A stretch of DNA of 64,000 nt, from positions 7,628,001-7,692,000 of the forward strand of contig CM059433.1 of assembly GCA_030390025.1 (NCBI GenBank), in the 5' to 3' direction. The translations under genes and the position numbers were made by a program. Positions 13,637-26,813 of this stretch are shown here, piece by piece. The notes below the pieces were generated by a model, which searched no databases, was not told the origin of the DNA, and saw nothing but the letters and a program-made list of their open reading frames with translations. Origin of the DNA: Squalus acanthias. Lineage: Eukaryota. The stretch's first letter is position 1. Each line of letters begins with the position of its first letter.

Positions 13637-14777
13637 AAAAACAGAAAATTCTGGAAATACTCAGCAGGTCAGGCAGCATCTGTAGAGAGAGAAACAGAGT
13701 TAACGTTTCAGGTCGATAACTCTTCGTCAGAACTGGAAAAAGTTGGAGATGGAACAGGTTTTTAAGCAAGTGTAGGGGCAGGGAGAGGAGGAAAGAACAA
13801 AAGTGAAGGTCTGTGATAGGATGGAAGGCAGGAAAGATTAAAAGACAAAAGGGATGATGGTGCAAGGCAAAAGGAGATGGTAATGGGACAAGTTAAGAAA
13901 CAAAAGATGACTCTAGATGAAGTGTAAATGGCACTGGCAGAATGATCGACAGCTGCCATGTGAGAGAGCGGGAGATGCAACACCTGCCCTTTTACCTCCT
14001 CCCTTCCCACTGTCCAGGGCCCCAAACACTCCTTCCAGGTGAAACAGCGATTTACTTGTACTTCTTGCAATTTAGTATACTGTATTCGCTGCTCCCGATG
14101 CGGTCTCCTCTACATTGGGGAGACCGAACGCAGATTGGGTGACCGCTTTGCAGAAAACCTCCGTTCAGTCCGCAAGCGTGACCCCGAGCTTCCGGTCGCC
14201 TGTCACTTTAATTCTCCGCTCCACTCCCACTCTGACCTCTCTGTCCTCGGCCTCTTACACTGTTCCAATGAAGCTCAACGTAAGCTCGAGGAACAGCACC
14301 TCATCTTTCGATGAGGCACTTTACAGCCTTCTGGACTCAACATCAAGTTCAACAATTTCAGACTATAACCTCTGCCCCTATCAATTTTTTTCTCTCTCTC
14401 TCACATGGCAGCTGTCTTTCATTCTGCCATCGCCATTTACACTTCATCCAGAGTCATCTTTTGTTTCTTAACTTGTCCCATTACCATCTCCTTTTGCCTT
14501 GCACCATCATCCCTTTTGACTTTTAATCTCTCCTGCCTTCCATCCTATCACAGACCTTCCCTTTTGTTCTTTCCTCCCCTCCTCTCCCCCTTTCCCTGCC
14601 CCTACACTGGCTTAAAAACCTGTTCCATCTCCAACTTCTTCCAGTTTTGACGAAGGGTCACCGACCTGAAACGTTAACTCTGTTTATCGCTCCACAGATG
14701 CTGCCTCACCTGCTGAGTGTTTCCAGCATTTTCTGTTTTTATTTCAGATTTCCAACATCCGCAGTATTTTGCTTTTG
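13637..14777 (+). mobile_element. Penelope-like element (family A) with inverted terminal repeats
   Basis: GIY-YIG fragment (FTCTSCNLVYCIRCSRCGLLYIGETERRLGDRFAE) between inverted ~330-bp repeats with hammerhead motifs (13698-13736 minus, 14641-14680 plus). TSD tatttcccagtgt/tatttccgagtgt. Confidence 0.9.
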
Positions 14778-14877
14778 TATTTCCGAGTGTAGTTTGCTCC
14801 AGTGTGAACACATCACCATCTACTGGTAAATGTGTGTTATGGTTTTTTTGGATATTAGGTGGGATAAAGGCAAGGCA

Positions 14878-16010
14878 ACAACACCAGCAACAATTGGCAC
14901 TTACATAGTGCCTTTAACATGGGAAAGCGCCCCAAGGTGCTTAACAGGAACGTAATCAGACAAAAATTGATACAGAGCCAAAAAGGAGATATTAGCTTGG
15001 TGGAAGAAGTAGATTTTAAGGAGGGTCTCAAAGGAGCAGAGAGAGATGGCGAGGTTTAGGGAGGGATTCCAGAGCTTGGGGCCTAGATGCCTGAAAGCAA
15101 GCCTGCCAATGGGTGAAGGGAGTGGGGAATGCGTAAGAGGCCAGAGTTGGAGGAATGCAGAGTTCTCAGATAGTTGTAGAGCTGGAGGAATTTAGAGAGA
15201 TAGGGAGGGACGATGCCATGGAGGGATTTGAACACGAGGATGAGAATTTTGAATTTGAGGTGTTGGTGGACCGAGAGCTAATGTAGGTCAGCGAGCACTT
15301 GGGTGATGATTGAGCAGGACTTGGTGCGGGTTAGGATACGGGAGGGAGCAGAGTTTTGAATGAGCTCAAATTTATGAAGGGTGGAAGATGGGAAGCTAGC
15401 CAGGAGTGCATTGGAATACTCGAGTCTGGAAGTAACAGACGCATGGATGAGGGTTTCAGCAGCAGATGGATATGGGTTCCGAAGCTCAGCTCAGGGTCAA
15501 TTAGGACCCTGAGGTTGCAAACAGTCTGAGACAGTGGCCAGGGAGAGGGATAGGATTGGTGGCAAGTGTACAGAGTTAGAGGCTGGGGGGGGGGGGGGCC
15601 GAAGACAATGGCTGAAGTCTTCCCAATGTTTGATTATTGGAAATTGTGGCTTCTCCAGGACCGGATGTCAGATATGCCTCCTGACAACACAGAGGCAGTG
15701 GAAGGGTTGAGAGAGGTGGTGGTGAGGTAGAGCTGGGTGTTGTCAGTGTTACATGTGGAACCTGACGTCACGTCTTCGGATGATGTCGCCGAAGGGGCAG
15801 CATGTAGATAAGAAATAGGAGCAGGCCAAGAATCGATCCTTGGCAGACGCCAGAGATAACAGTGCAGGAGCAGGAGGAGAAGCCATTGCAGGAGATTCTC
15901 TGACTACGATTAGATAGGTGCGAGTGGAACTAGGTGAGGGGAGTCCGCACCCTGCTGAACACAGAGGAAAGGCATTGGAGGAGGACAGTGTGGCTGACTG
16001 TGTCAAAAGC
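14878..16010 (-). mobile_element. Decayed L2-like LINE 3' fragment
   Basis: Collinear with 11359-13495. Confidence 0.8.
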
Positions 16011-17840
16011 TCTGCCACCCACCCCTCCAAACCCACACCCATTTTCCTGGGTCGAGACTCACTGAATATGCACAGCAAACAGCTGGCAGGATTCCATCAA
16101 GAGGGAATCCGCCAATACAACCAAGGCAATTCCGGAAGTGCTGCAGAGGGAAAGCCACTGCAGCACCAGAAGAGGCAATGAGAGAACGTTAAAGGCGCAT
16201 GAGCACCCAAAAATTGGATCACAGCTCCCACCGAAGGCCTTGCTGAGTGTTTGGGGCTGACTGGCGGAAGAGGAGGGCATGACGAGGCTCTCTCCCCAAT
16301 GCTTCTTCCAAGCTGCGCGCGAGCGTGCTCCACTGCGCAGTAATCTCCAAGGTCCCGCGCGAGCCGCTCACCAGCTGTTACAATGTAAATACTGTGCATG
16401 CGCAGAAATTTAAAGGGACCTCGCATTAAAAGAAACAGGCTGCGCGGAACAAAGCGCAGCTCGCAGGGAACATCGTCTCTGCCTCCATTAGGAGAAACTC
16501 AGTGCTTTTACTGCCGCATCCCAGGGTCTACCGCCACCTTCCACGTGACGGCCTTGTGAAATGGCTGTAACTGGGGTGGAAAGGAGGGAAATCCGCTGGG
16601 TCCTGGGCTTTGCCCCCCCCCCCCCAACCCACTCACTGGCATCATTTGCATACCGTGTGTGGGAAAGGAGTGGCCAGCGGTGGTCCTGGCAGGGCTGGGG
16701 CGGGGGGGCGATGAATTCTGATCGAGGTGGTGAGGCGGCAGTAGACCTCACCACCCAAATTGTCCATCATTCTCTGCCAATGATCCCACCCGGTTTCAGA
16801 CAAGATTGAAGAGCACAATTCCCCATACGAACTCCTGCATAGAGTGTAATTCAAGGATCATGGCACCATCTGCTGACAACTGTGTGTTATGGCTTTTTGT
16901 TTTTGCAATTTAGGGATAACAACAGGGTGAAGCAGAAGATGGCTGTAATAAAGACAGATGTGTCAAAGGTTTGCAACACTTACATCAGGACTAGTCAAAT
17001 GGTGGAACACGAGTAGTCTGGTTATCACGGACTGGGATTCTGCACTGCAAATTGTGGATGGCTGTGGACTGCGCATTTGCACATCATCGTAAGGATGGTG
17101 GGAGGGCAGAGTATGGTGAGCTAAGTTGGACGAGGGGAGTCTCGGCTCGAGAATCGGCCAGAAAGAGCAATCTTTCTTCAGAAGAACAATTTATTTTTAT
17201 GTAAATTGGAGTTCTGAGTGACTAATTAAAACGGAACTACTTTATTTGTTGCTTTTAATCTGGCATTTGTAAAGTAAAAATGTTCTTGGCTTTTGATAAG
17301 TGAACTCACAAAATCTCTCGAATTAGGGAGACTTGGTGAAAAATTATGTTTTACTGCGAAAGAAAAATAGGCGAGCCTATTTTTCATTGGGCTCATAAGA
17401 GAATTTCTACATTTATAGCAGACTTTGTGGCGAAATCACGCTGTGCAATATAGGACATTTTTCTTTTAGTTAATTTAGCAAAATCACTAACCCATTCAAA
17501 ATCAGAATGGCAGACAAAGGATTTTCATACCAACGTGTTAATGCATTCAACGCTAGTATCGCACAGCGGAGTTTTTACCTGTTTGTATTTATTTGGAGAT
17601 TCTGGTCCCCAGGCTCACTAATTTTTAATTTTTTTTTTACAAGGACCTCCAGTTAAACTAATTGAACACCCCTCACGTGTATAGTCATGTATGGGCAAAA
17701 ACATTGTCCATTTATCTTCCTTGAAGCTAACACACCATTTTCAGCCCGCTGTCTAATTCCGTTCACATCAGATTCTGTTGCCAATTGCCTTCCAAATGGG
17801 GAGTTAATCGCTCTATATAAGACCGTATCACCATCAGAAT

Positions 17841-20743
17841 TTTTTTTTTTTTATTCGCTTATGGGATGTGGGCGTCGCTGGCAAGGCCAGCATTTATTGC
17901 CCATCCTTAGTTGCCCTCGAGAAGGTGGTGGTGAGCCGCCTTCTTGAACCGCTGCAGTCCGTGTGGTGAAGGTACTCCCACAGTGCTGTTAGGTAGGGAG
18001 TTCCAGGATTTTGACCCAGCGACGATGAAGGAACGGCGATATACTTCCAAGTCAGGATCGTGTGTGACTTGGAGGGGAACTTGGAGGTGGTGGTGTTCCC
18101 ATGCGCCTGCTGCCCTTGTCCTTCTAGGTGGAAGAGGTCGCAAGTTTGGGAGGTGCTGCCGAAGAAGCCTTGGCGAGTTGCTGCAGTGCATCTTGTAGAT
18201 GGTACACACTGCAGCCACGGTACGCCGGTGGTGGAGGGAGTGCCAATCAAATGGGCTGCTTTGACCTGGATGGTGTCAAGCTTCTTGAGTGTTGTTGCAG
18301 CTGCACTCATCCAGGCAAGTGGAGAGTATTCTATCACACTCCTTACTTGTGCCTTGTAGATGGTGGAAAGGCTTTGGGGAGTCAGGAGGTGAGACACTCG
18401 TCGCAGAATACCTAGCCTCTGACCTGCTCTTGTTGCCACAGTATTTATGTGGCTGGTCCAGTTAAGTTTCTGGTCAGTCCCAGGATGTTGATGGTGGGGG
18501 ATTCGGCAATGGTAATGCCGTTGAATGTCAAGGGGAGGTGGTTAGACTCTCGCTTGTTGGAGATAGTCATTGCCTGGCACTTCTGTGGTGTGAATGTTAC
18601 CTGCCACTTATCAGCCCAAGCCTGAACGTCGTCCAGGTCGTGTTGCATGCGGGCATGGACTGCTTCATTATCTGAGGGGTTGTGAATGGCGCTGAACACT
18701 GTGCAGTCATCAGCGAACATCCCCATTTCTGACCTTATGTTGGAGGGAAGGTCATTGATATAGCAGCTGAAGATGGTTGGGTCTAGGACCCTGCTCTGAG
18801 GAACTCCTGCAGCGATGTCCTGGGGCTGTGTTGATTGACCTTCAATCACCACAACCATCTTCCTTTGTGCTAGGTATGACTCCAGCCAGTGGAGCGTTTT
18901 CCCCCTGATTCCATTGACTTCAGTTTTACTAGGGCTCCTTGATGCCACACTCGGTCAAATGCTGCCTTAATGTCAAGGGCAGTCACTCTCACCTCACCTC
19001 TGGAATTCAGCTCCTTTGTCCATGTTTGGACCAAGGCTGTAATAAGGTCGGGAGCCGAGTGGTCTTGGCGGAACCCAAACTGGGCATCAGTGAGCAGGTT
19101 ATTGGTGAGTAAGTGCCGCTTGATAGCACTGTCAATGACACCTTCCATCACTTTGCTGATGATTGAGAGGAGACTGATGGGACGGTAATTGGCCGGGTTG
19201 GATTTGTCCTGCTTTTTGTGGACAGGACATACCTGGGCAGTTTTCCACATTGTCGGATAGATGCCAGTGTTGTAGCTGTACTGGAACAGCTTGGCTAGAG
19301 GAGCGGCTAGTTCTAGAGCACAAGTCTTCAGCACGATAACCGGGATGTTGTCGGGGCCCATAGCCTTTGCTGTATCCAGTGCGCTCAGCCATTTCTTGAT
19401 ATCACGTGGAGTGAATCGAATTGGCTAAAGACTGGCTTCTGTGATGGTGGAGACCTCGGGAGTAGGCCGATATGGATCATCCACTCGGCACTTCTGGCTC
19501 AAGATGGTTGCAAACGCTTCAGCCTTGTCTTTTGCACTCACGTGCTGGGCTCCACCATCATTGAGGATGGGGATATTCTTGGAGCCTCCTCCTCCCATTA
19601 ATTGTTTAATGGTCCACCACCATTCACGACTGGATGTGGCAGGACTGCAGAGCTTTGATCTGATCCGTTGATTGTGGGATCGCTTAGCCCTGTCTATAGC
19701 ATGCTGCTTCCGCTTTTTAGCATGCATGTAGTCCTGTGTTGCAGCTTCCCCAGGTTGGCACCTCATTTTTAGGTACGCCTGGTGCTGCTCCTGGCATGCT
19801 CTTCTACACTCCTTATTGAACCAGGTTTGGTCCCCTGGCTTGGTGGTAATGGTAAAGTGAGGGATATGCCGGACCATGAGGTTACAGATTGTGGTGGAAT
19901 ACAATTCTGCTGCTGCTGATGGCCCACAGCGCCTCATGGATGCCCAGTTTTGAGCTGCTAGATCTGTTCTGAATCTATCCCATTTAGCACGGTGGTAGTG
20001 CCACACAACACGATAGAGGGTGTCCTCAGTGTGAAGACGGGACATCATCTCCACAATGACTATGCGGTAGTCACTGCTACCAATGACGTCATGGGCAGAT
20101 GCATCTGTGACAGGTAGATTGGTGAGGATGAGGTCAAGTAGGTTTTTCCCTCGTGTTGGTTCTCTCACCACCTGTCGCAGGCCCAGACTGGCAGTTATGT
20201 CATTCAGGACTCGGCCAGCTCGGTCAGTAGTGGTGCTACCGAGCCACTCTTGGTGATGGACATTGAAGTCCCCCACCCAGAGTACATTCTGTGCCCTTGC
20301 TACACTCAGTTCTTCTTCCAAGTGGTGTTCAACATGGAGGAGTACTGATTCATCAGCTGAGGGAGGGTGGTAGGTGGTAATCAGCAGGAGGTTTCCTTGC
20401 CCATGCTTGACCTGAAGCCATGAGACTTCATGGGGTCCGGAGTCAATGTTGAGAACTCCCAGGGCCACTCCTTCCCGACTGTATACCACTGTGCCGCCAC
20501 CCCTCGTGGGTCTGTCCTGTCGGTGGCACAGGACATACCCAGGGATGGTGATGGAAGAGTTTGGGACATTGGCTGAAAGGTATGATTCTGTGAGTATGAC
20601 TATGTCAGGCTGTTGCTTGACCAGTCTGTGGGACAGCTCTCCCAATTTTGGCACAAGTCCCCAGATGTTGGTGAGGTGGACTTTGCAGGGTTGACTGGGC
20701 TGGGTGTGCCGTTGCCGTGTCTATAGCCGGTGCCGAGGTCAAG
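17841..20743 (-). mobile_element. APE-RT LINE (CR1/L2/Jockey group), near-complete ORF2 broken by frameshifts
   Basis: Endonuclease (PDIVILTESYL, VGDFN, LLDLILTN) and RT (YRPISLL, ALDIKAAFD, GVPQ, MFADD) in consecutive ORFs; A-rich tail at 17841. Confidence 0.92.
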
Positions 20744-21954
20744 GAATGATCAATGGTATTTCTGAAAACATCTGCAAGTTCATTGACGAAACTGAGAAAC
20801 AGAATTTCCTGAATGACCTTTGGCAATTTTGACCGTACTATGATGATAAGACAAACACCCATTTAATCAAGGGTGATGCTTGCATCCTCCGAGGAGGCCC
20901 AGTTCAGCAGCTCATCAGATACACCACATGGTGTCAACATTCCAAGGTCGCTATGAACAAATAGAACAAAAGCTTCAGCTTATTAACAGGCAGAACGACA
21001 GAAAAACAAAACAAACTTGTAGCTCTGCATAACAGAAGTAAGTTAAATAAAACTACAGGCAGACAGATTCTAAGTTGCAAAAGTAGTTCCTTTAATTTCC
21101 ACTATCAAAACCAAACAAAATGTGCAGTTCTTTGTTCAGGTAATAAGCTCTTACTGTCAATGTCATATTACGTCGGCTACTGCTATGCATTTCTAAGCTT
21201 CATGCTATCACGCTTCATGTTACACTTGTTAATACTATAGATTCTTTCATTGTAATCTCGAGTTCATTCTTGGTTTATCACCTGAGCATCTAGAAATGAA
21301 AGGGGCGGGAGAGTAGGTGTGAAAGGCAGCTGATAAATAAGAAAAAGGGAGAGAGAAGCTTAGAGCAAGAGGCCTGGAAAATGCCTCCACAATGGGCTAG
21401 ACTCAGGCTGAGTACCAGACAGATAAATTCTCTGTGGAGTTGAGATAAAAAGTGAAATGTGAAAATAATTGACATGTCAGACATAGCAATCTGTGCCAGG
21501 TCAGAGAGATCCTTGGAAGGCTTACAGATGAGTCATAAATAATGGTTCTGTGAAATCGATAACCATACTACTCATGGTGTGAGGGTTGTGAGGAGTGTCA
21601 GTAATGCAGACCAAAACTTGGCTTATTATTAACAGAGACTGGCTAGCTGTGATTTTTAAAAAAGGATGCATTCATTGGATTTGGGCCATGAGCAACTTTC
21701 TCACTTTGGAGAAACTGAAAATGTGATGGTGGGTTCATAGAATATTCAAATCCTCAAGCTTCTAAAAGATGTGGCATTTTATACAGAATTTTTTGAATGT
21801 TCATCAGACCCTTTTGTAATTTTTCATATAGCATTGGTGTTTTATGACTGTAAGAGTTAAAAAGAAAATCTTAACTCATTTGAAGCACATTTTCATAAAA
21901 CGGATTGATAAACATGGTTAGAAAATCACTCATAACAGGAAATGACCTACTGAT

Positions 21955-22860
21955 CCATCAACATCCTGAGAGGTCACCATTGACCAGAAACTTAACTGGA
22001 CCAGCCACATAAATACTGTGGCAACAAGAGCAGGTCAGAGGCTGGGTATTGTGCGGCGAGTGACTCACCTCCTGACTCCCCAACGCCTTTCCACCATCTA
22101 CAAGGCACAAGTAAGGAGTGTGATGGAATACTCTCCACTTGCCTGGATGAGTGCAGCTCCAACAACACTCAAGAAGCTCGACACCATCCAGGACAAAGCA
22201 GCCCGCTTGATTGGCACCCCATCCACCACCTTAAACATTCACTCCCTCCACCACCGGCGTACCGTGGCTGCAGTGTGTACCATCTACAAGATCCACTGAA
22301 GCAACTTGCCAAGGCCTCTTCGGCAGCACCTCCCAAACCCGCGATCTCTTCCACCTAGAAGGACAAGGGCAGCAGGCGCATTGGAACACCACCACCTCCA
22401 AGTTCCCCTCCAAGTCACACACCATCCTGACTTAGAAGTATATCTTATGACTTAGAAGTATGACTTAGATTGTATCTCTGCAGACAAATTGCTCTCTGTG
22501 TATATATACTGTGTAATAGATTCCCTCACTGTACCTTTACCTGACGAAGGGGCAGTAGCTCCGAAAGCTCGTAATTTTAAATAAAACTGTTGGACTATAA
22601 CCTGGTGTTGTGCGACTTCTCATTTTTGTCTACCCCAGTCCAACACCGGCATCTCCGCATCATAGAAATATATCGCTGTTCCTTCATCGTCGCTGGGTCA
22701 AAATCCTGGAACTCCCTCCCTAACAGCACTGTGGGAGCACCTTCACCACACGGACTATAGTGGTTCAAGAACACGGCTCACCACCACCTTCTCAAGGGCA
22801 ATTAGGGATGGGCAATAAATGCTGGCCTTGCCAGCGACGCCCACATCCCATAAAAACGAA
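21955..22860 (+). mobile_element. 3' fragment of the same LINE family, interrupted by a Penelope-like insert
   Basis: MATRAGQRLG...EYSPLAWMSA; same tail gggcaataaatgctggccttgccagcgacgcccacatccca. Confidence 0.9.
22445..22662 (+). mobile_element. Penelope-like 3' fragment (family B) with hammerhead, inserted in a LINE
   Basis: Same terminal sequence as 35247-35374; hammerhead at 22537-22574; TSD tagaagtatatc/tagaaatatatc. Confidence 0.85.
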
Positions 22861-23874
22861 TGTAAATTTTATTTTAAAAAGCCCATCTCATCCAGATATG
22901 GTGCATACCATGGGTACCATCAACCCACCTCCCCTAGCCACGCTTCCTCCTGGGAGAAGCAAGAACAGAGAAAAAAAAAATCTGAGTCCAATTTCGGAAT
23001 AAACTCTGGGAAATTGCTCTCAGACCTTTATAGTCAATCAAACAAGCTCCAGGAGACTGCAGTAACTCACAATGATTAATAACTACCCTTATCTTCTGCT
23101 GCGACGTCCTCCTCTCTCAGAAACTTCTCCAGCTCCTTTCTGAAGGACTGGAAGGAACCTTTATTTAACACACAGTTTGGTAATCTGTCCCAGAGGTTCA
23201 TGACTCTGTGAAAAGAAGCAATTCCTGGCATCTAACCCAACTCTTTGCTTTTGTATTTTATACTCATGCCCCCTAGTTCCCCCATCCCTATCTAGTTCAA
23301 ATAACCTGTCTGCTGGACAGAATCTATTCCCATCATCATGTTAAAAACCTCAATCATATCTCTTCTATGTTTGCATTTTTTTTAATGAAAAAAGGCCAGA
23401 ATTCCTTGAGCCTATCCTGATAGCTATGAGCCATAACCTACCTTAAATCTAAAGTTATAGCAAAAATATACATGGACCTGCTATTTCAAAAGTGTAAAAT
23501 ATACTCAAGGTTTCATTTTTTTAAAACGACTGCTACTTTCCCTCCCTCCAGTATAGCGTAGCCCAACTCTGGAATTTCCTAAGGCTGGCGGCTGGGAAGA
23601 TCTATTTTTACTTGGTCTTCCTGGCTGACAGCCATAGCGAATCCCGGCAAGTTTACTTTCAAGGTTGATGCCAGCTGTGCAAGACCCGTGCATTGGGAGC
23701 TAGTGCCACTAGCACGTATCTCGTGCAATATAAAAGCAGCTTTTCAAGTTATAATAGATTTTTAGAATACATTTGTAGTAGATACACACTGCCACTTAGC
23801 TGTTTGCCCTCTTTGTCAGACGGTCAATGTCAAGTCAACATTGATGTTTTATAAATAAACCAGGAAGTTTACGA

Positions 23875-24343
23875 AAGAAAGACTTACATTTCTAAAGCGT
23901 CTTTCATGACCACCGGACGTCTCAAAGCGCTTCACAGCCAATGAAGTACTTTTTTGAAGTGTAGTTACTGTTGTAATGTAGGAAACGCAGCAGCCAATTT
24001 GCGCACAGCAAGCTCCCACAAACAGCAATGTGATAATGACCAGATAATCTGTTTTAGTAACATTGGTTGAGGGATAAACATTGGCCAGGACACCGGGGAT
24101 AACTCCCTTGCTCTTCTTCGAAATAGCGCCTTGGGGATCTTTTACGTCCACCTGAGAGAGCAGATGGGGCCTCGGTTTAACGTCTCAGCTGAAAGACGGC
24201 ACCTCCGACAGTGCAGCACCTCCTCAGCACTGCACTGGGAGTGTCAGCCTAGCTTTATGTGCTCAAGTCCCTGGAGTGGGACTTGAACCCACAACCTTCT
24301 GACTCAGAGGCGAGTGTGCTACCCACTGAGCCACAGCTGACAC
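23875..24343 (-). mobile_element. Full-length tRNA-derived SINE (SacSINE1/DeuSINE-like)
   Basis: Head with A box (tggctcagtggg) and B box (ggttcaagtcc), Deu-like body, L2-type tail. Partial copies at ~3299-3601, 10465-10800, 25100-25310 and 60808-61010. Confidence 0.85.
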
Positions 24344-24344
24344 G

Positions 24345-26270
24345 AAGAGTGGAGGATGGGAGGCCGTCCAGGAGAGTATTGGAATGGTCAAGTCAGGTTG
24401 TGACAAAGGCATGGATGAGGGTTTCAGCAGCAGATGGGCTGAGGCGGGCGATGTTACAGAGGCCAATGTAGGCAATCTTTGTGAGGTAGGGTATAGGGGG
24501 ACGGAAGGTCAGCTCGGGGTTAAATACAATGCGAGGTTGCAAACTGTCTGGTTGAACCTGACTGGGAAGGGGGGATGGAATCAGTGGCAAGGGCAGAGTG
24601 GCTGGGGCTGAAGACAATGGCTTCGGACTTCCCAATTATGACGACATCCGACTGGATGCCAGACAAGCAGTCTGACAACACAGAGTTATGGAGGGGTCAA
24701 GACAGGTGGTGGAGAGGTAGAGCTGAGTGTTGACAGTGTACATGTGGTAGCTGGCCCCATGTCTTCAGATGATGTTGCCAAGGGACAGCGTGTAGATGAG
24801 GAAGAGGAGGGGGCCCAAAGATAAATCCTTAGGTAACTCCAGAATTAATAGAACGGGAATGGAAAAAGAATCTATTGTTGTAATTGATCTGGCTATGATT
24901 AGATCGGTAAGACTGGTACCAAGTGAGGGCAGTCCCACCTAGCTGGACAACGGAGAAGCGTTGTTGGATGACGTGATCGATCGTGTCAAAGGCAGCACAG
25001 AATTTAAGGAGAATTAGGAGGGGTAGTGCACCATGGTCACAGAGGATGTTTCAATACAGTGGTAGAGGTGGAAAGCTGATTGGAGGTGGGCAGAAGTTCG
25101 TGTCAGCTGTGGCTCAGTTGGCAGCACTCTCGCCTCTGAGTCAGAAGGTTGTGGGTTCAAGTCCCACTCCAGGGACTTGAGCACATAAAGCTAGGCTGAC
25201 ACTCCGGTGCAGTGCTGAGGGAGTGCTGCACTGTCGGAGGTGCTGTCTTTTAGATGAGACATTAAACCAAGGCCCCGTCTGCTCTCTCAGGTGGACGTAA
25301 AAGATCCCCCAAGGTTTTCTGAGGAGGAATGTGATTTTGAACAGGAGGGGGACAGTACCTCAGGAGATGGAACAATTTACAATGTCAGCTAGCATGAGGG
25401 CCAAGAAGGGAAGTTGGGTGGTCAGCAGTTTAGTGGGAATGGGGTTGACATGAATCTTGTCATTCATGGGGAAATGACTTATGAAGTAATACTGGGCGGC
25501 CTGCTGGTGGCGCTGTCCAGGGAGAGTATAAATACTCGGGCATGGGCCCAGCTTGCTGAGGACATTCTTAACAGGAACTAGTGAAGGACACAATTAGATC
25601 TCCATGTTGTAAAACAGTTGATTAAAGCTTTGTTTAACGCTTAGACCAAGTGCCTAGTAGTTTTCTTACGTCAGGGGGTCAAGGCAGCAGAATGTGGATC
25701 TCATGAACAAAGATGAGCTTGGTGAGGGCATGAGGGGAGATGGGAGAGAACTAGAGAAAAACACAGGTTTAGGGCTAGGGTAGGGTGGAGCATGGCAGGA
25801 GGATTTGCTTGCTTGGTGGGCGAGGGGAAAGAGAGAAGCAGCAGAGGCAGCTGAACAGATTGTCTCAATCTCAGTCCATAAGCTTCTTGCACTTATTATT
25901 GGAACTAAGGATGGAAGGGGCAGGGAAGAGGGATTTAAGGTGATGACTGGTAGTGGAGGAAAGAAGCCGGAGGTTATCTGTGCTCTCCAGCATGATCCTG
26001 GAGTAGCGAGAGGTTTTGGCAGAGGAGAGTGGGGCCGATGGTGCTTGATGTGATCCAGCCTGATCTGGTGATGGATGGTTAAACCAGTTGTGTGCTGGAT
26101 ATGCTCATGTCTGTGTCCTTTAGACTTGAGGGATTGAAGATTGGGGCCATAAAAGGTGAAAGACGAGGATGGGGGAAGAATAAAGGTTTTACCAGGGACA
26201 AGGGCATCAAAGATGAAAGAGAGGGAGTGGTTGAGCAGATCGACGGCTACAGAAATATTGTGGCACTCAG
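24345..26270 (-). mobile_element. Decayed L2-like LINE pieces with SINE insertions
   Basis: AETLIHAFVT and NPIPTKLLTTQLP motifs. Confidence 0.7.
25100..25310 (+). mobile_element. 5' half of the same SINE
   Basis: gtcagctgtggctcagttggcagc...gggttcaagtcccactcc. Confidence 0.85.
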
Positions 26271-26813
26271 TCGCATTATGTGATGGCTACCTCATTTGCA
26301 TTGAAGTTAAGGATTAATAAGCCGAGTGACCAGCTTGTGCACTGGCTCCCAGATCACTCTGTGCTATACTGCCCCCATTGGGGTGCTGGGTACCTCAAGC
26401 ATACTGTGGACCTCGGGCACTAACTTTAACCCACAAAATAATCTCATGAACACAAGAGTTGATTTAGCCATTAAAAAATTATTTTTAAATAACTAGATCT
26501 TCTGCGGTGTTTCTCTCAGCAGGTCTGGAGCATAATTTTGATGTTTAGCTGCTAACCTGGCCTGTTCCTTTAAGGCCACTGCTCAAGTACTTCCTGTAGG
26601 AATCCAGATATTTGTCGTTGCTTGTAAATTTCTCAGATGAATTAAGGGGGTCAGTAAATGCCTTGTAATTTTTACGCTTTAAGTTAGAACTCAGGATGAA
26701 TTGCTTGGCTTTCCTTCTCTTTTAAGAAAGGTATGACATCTGGAATGTGATCGACAAAAAACTGATATATAATGGATCTCCAGAGGTTTTGCTCATGTAA
26801 GTTGGAAGGTAAT

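Noticed and set aside
16170..16476. Possible hAT MITE ending gggaacatcg
   Set aside because: Only one TIR-like end found and no TSD.
17687..20965. Plus-strand reading of the sequence flanking the LINE as a host exon
   Set aside because: Several stops and no recognisable family; the minus frame is open and RT-like.
24290..24345. tRNA-like sequence with A and B boxes (also at 25100)
   Set aside because: It is the SINE head and continues into the SINE body; no complete cloverleaf.
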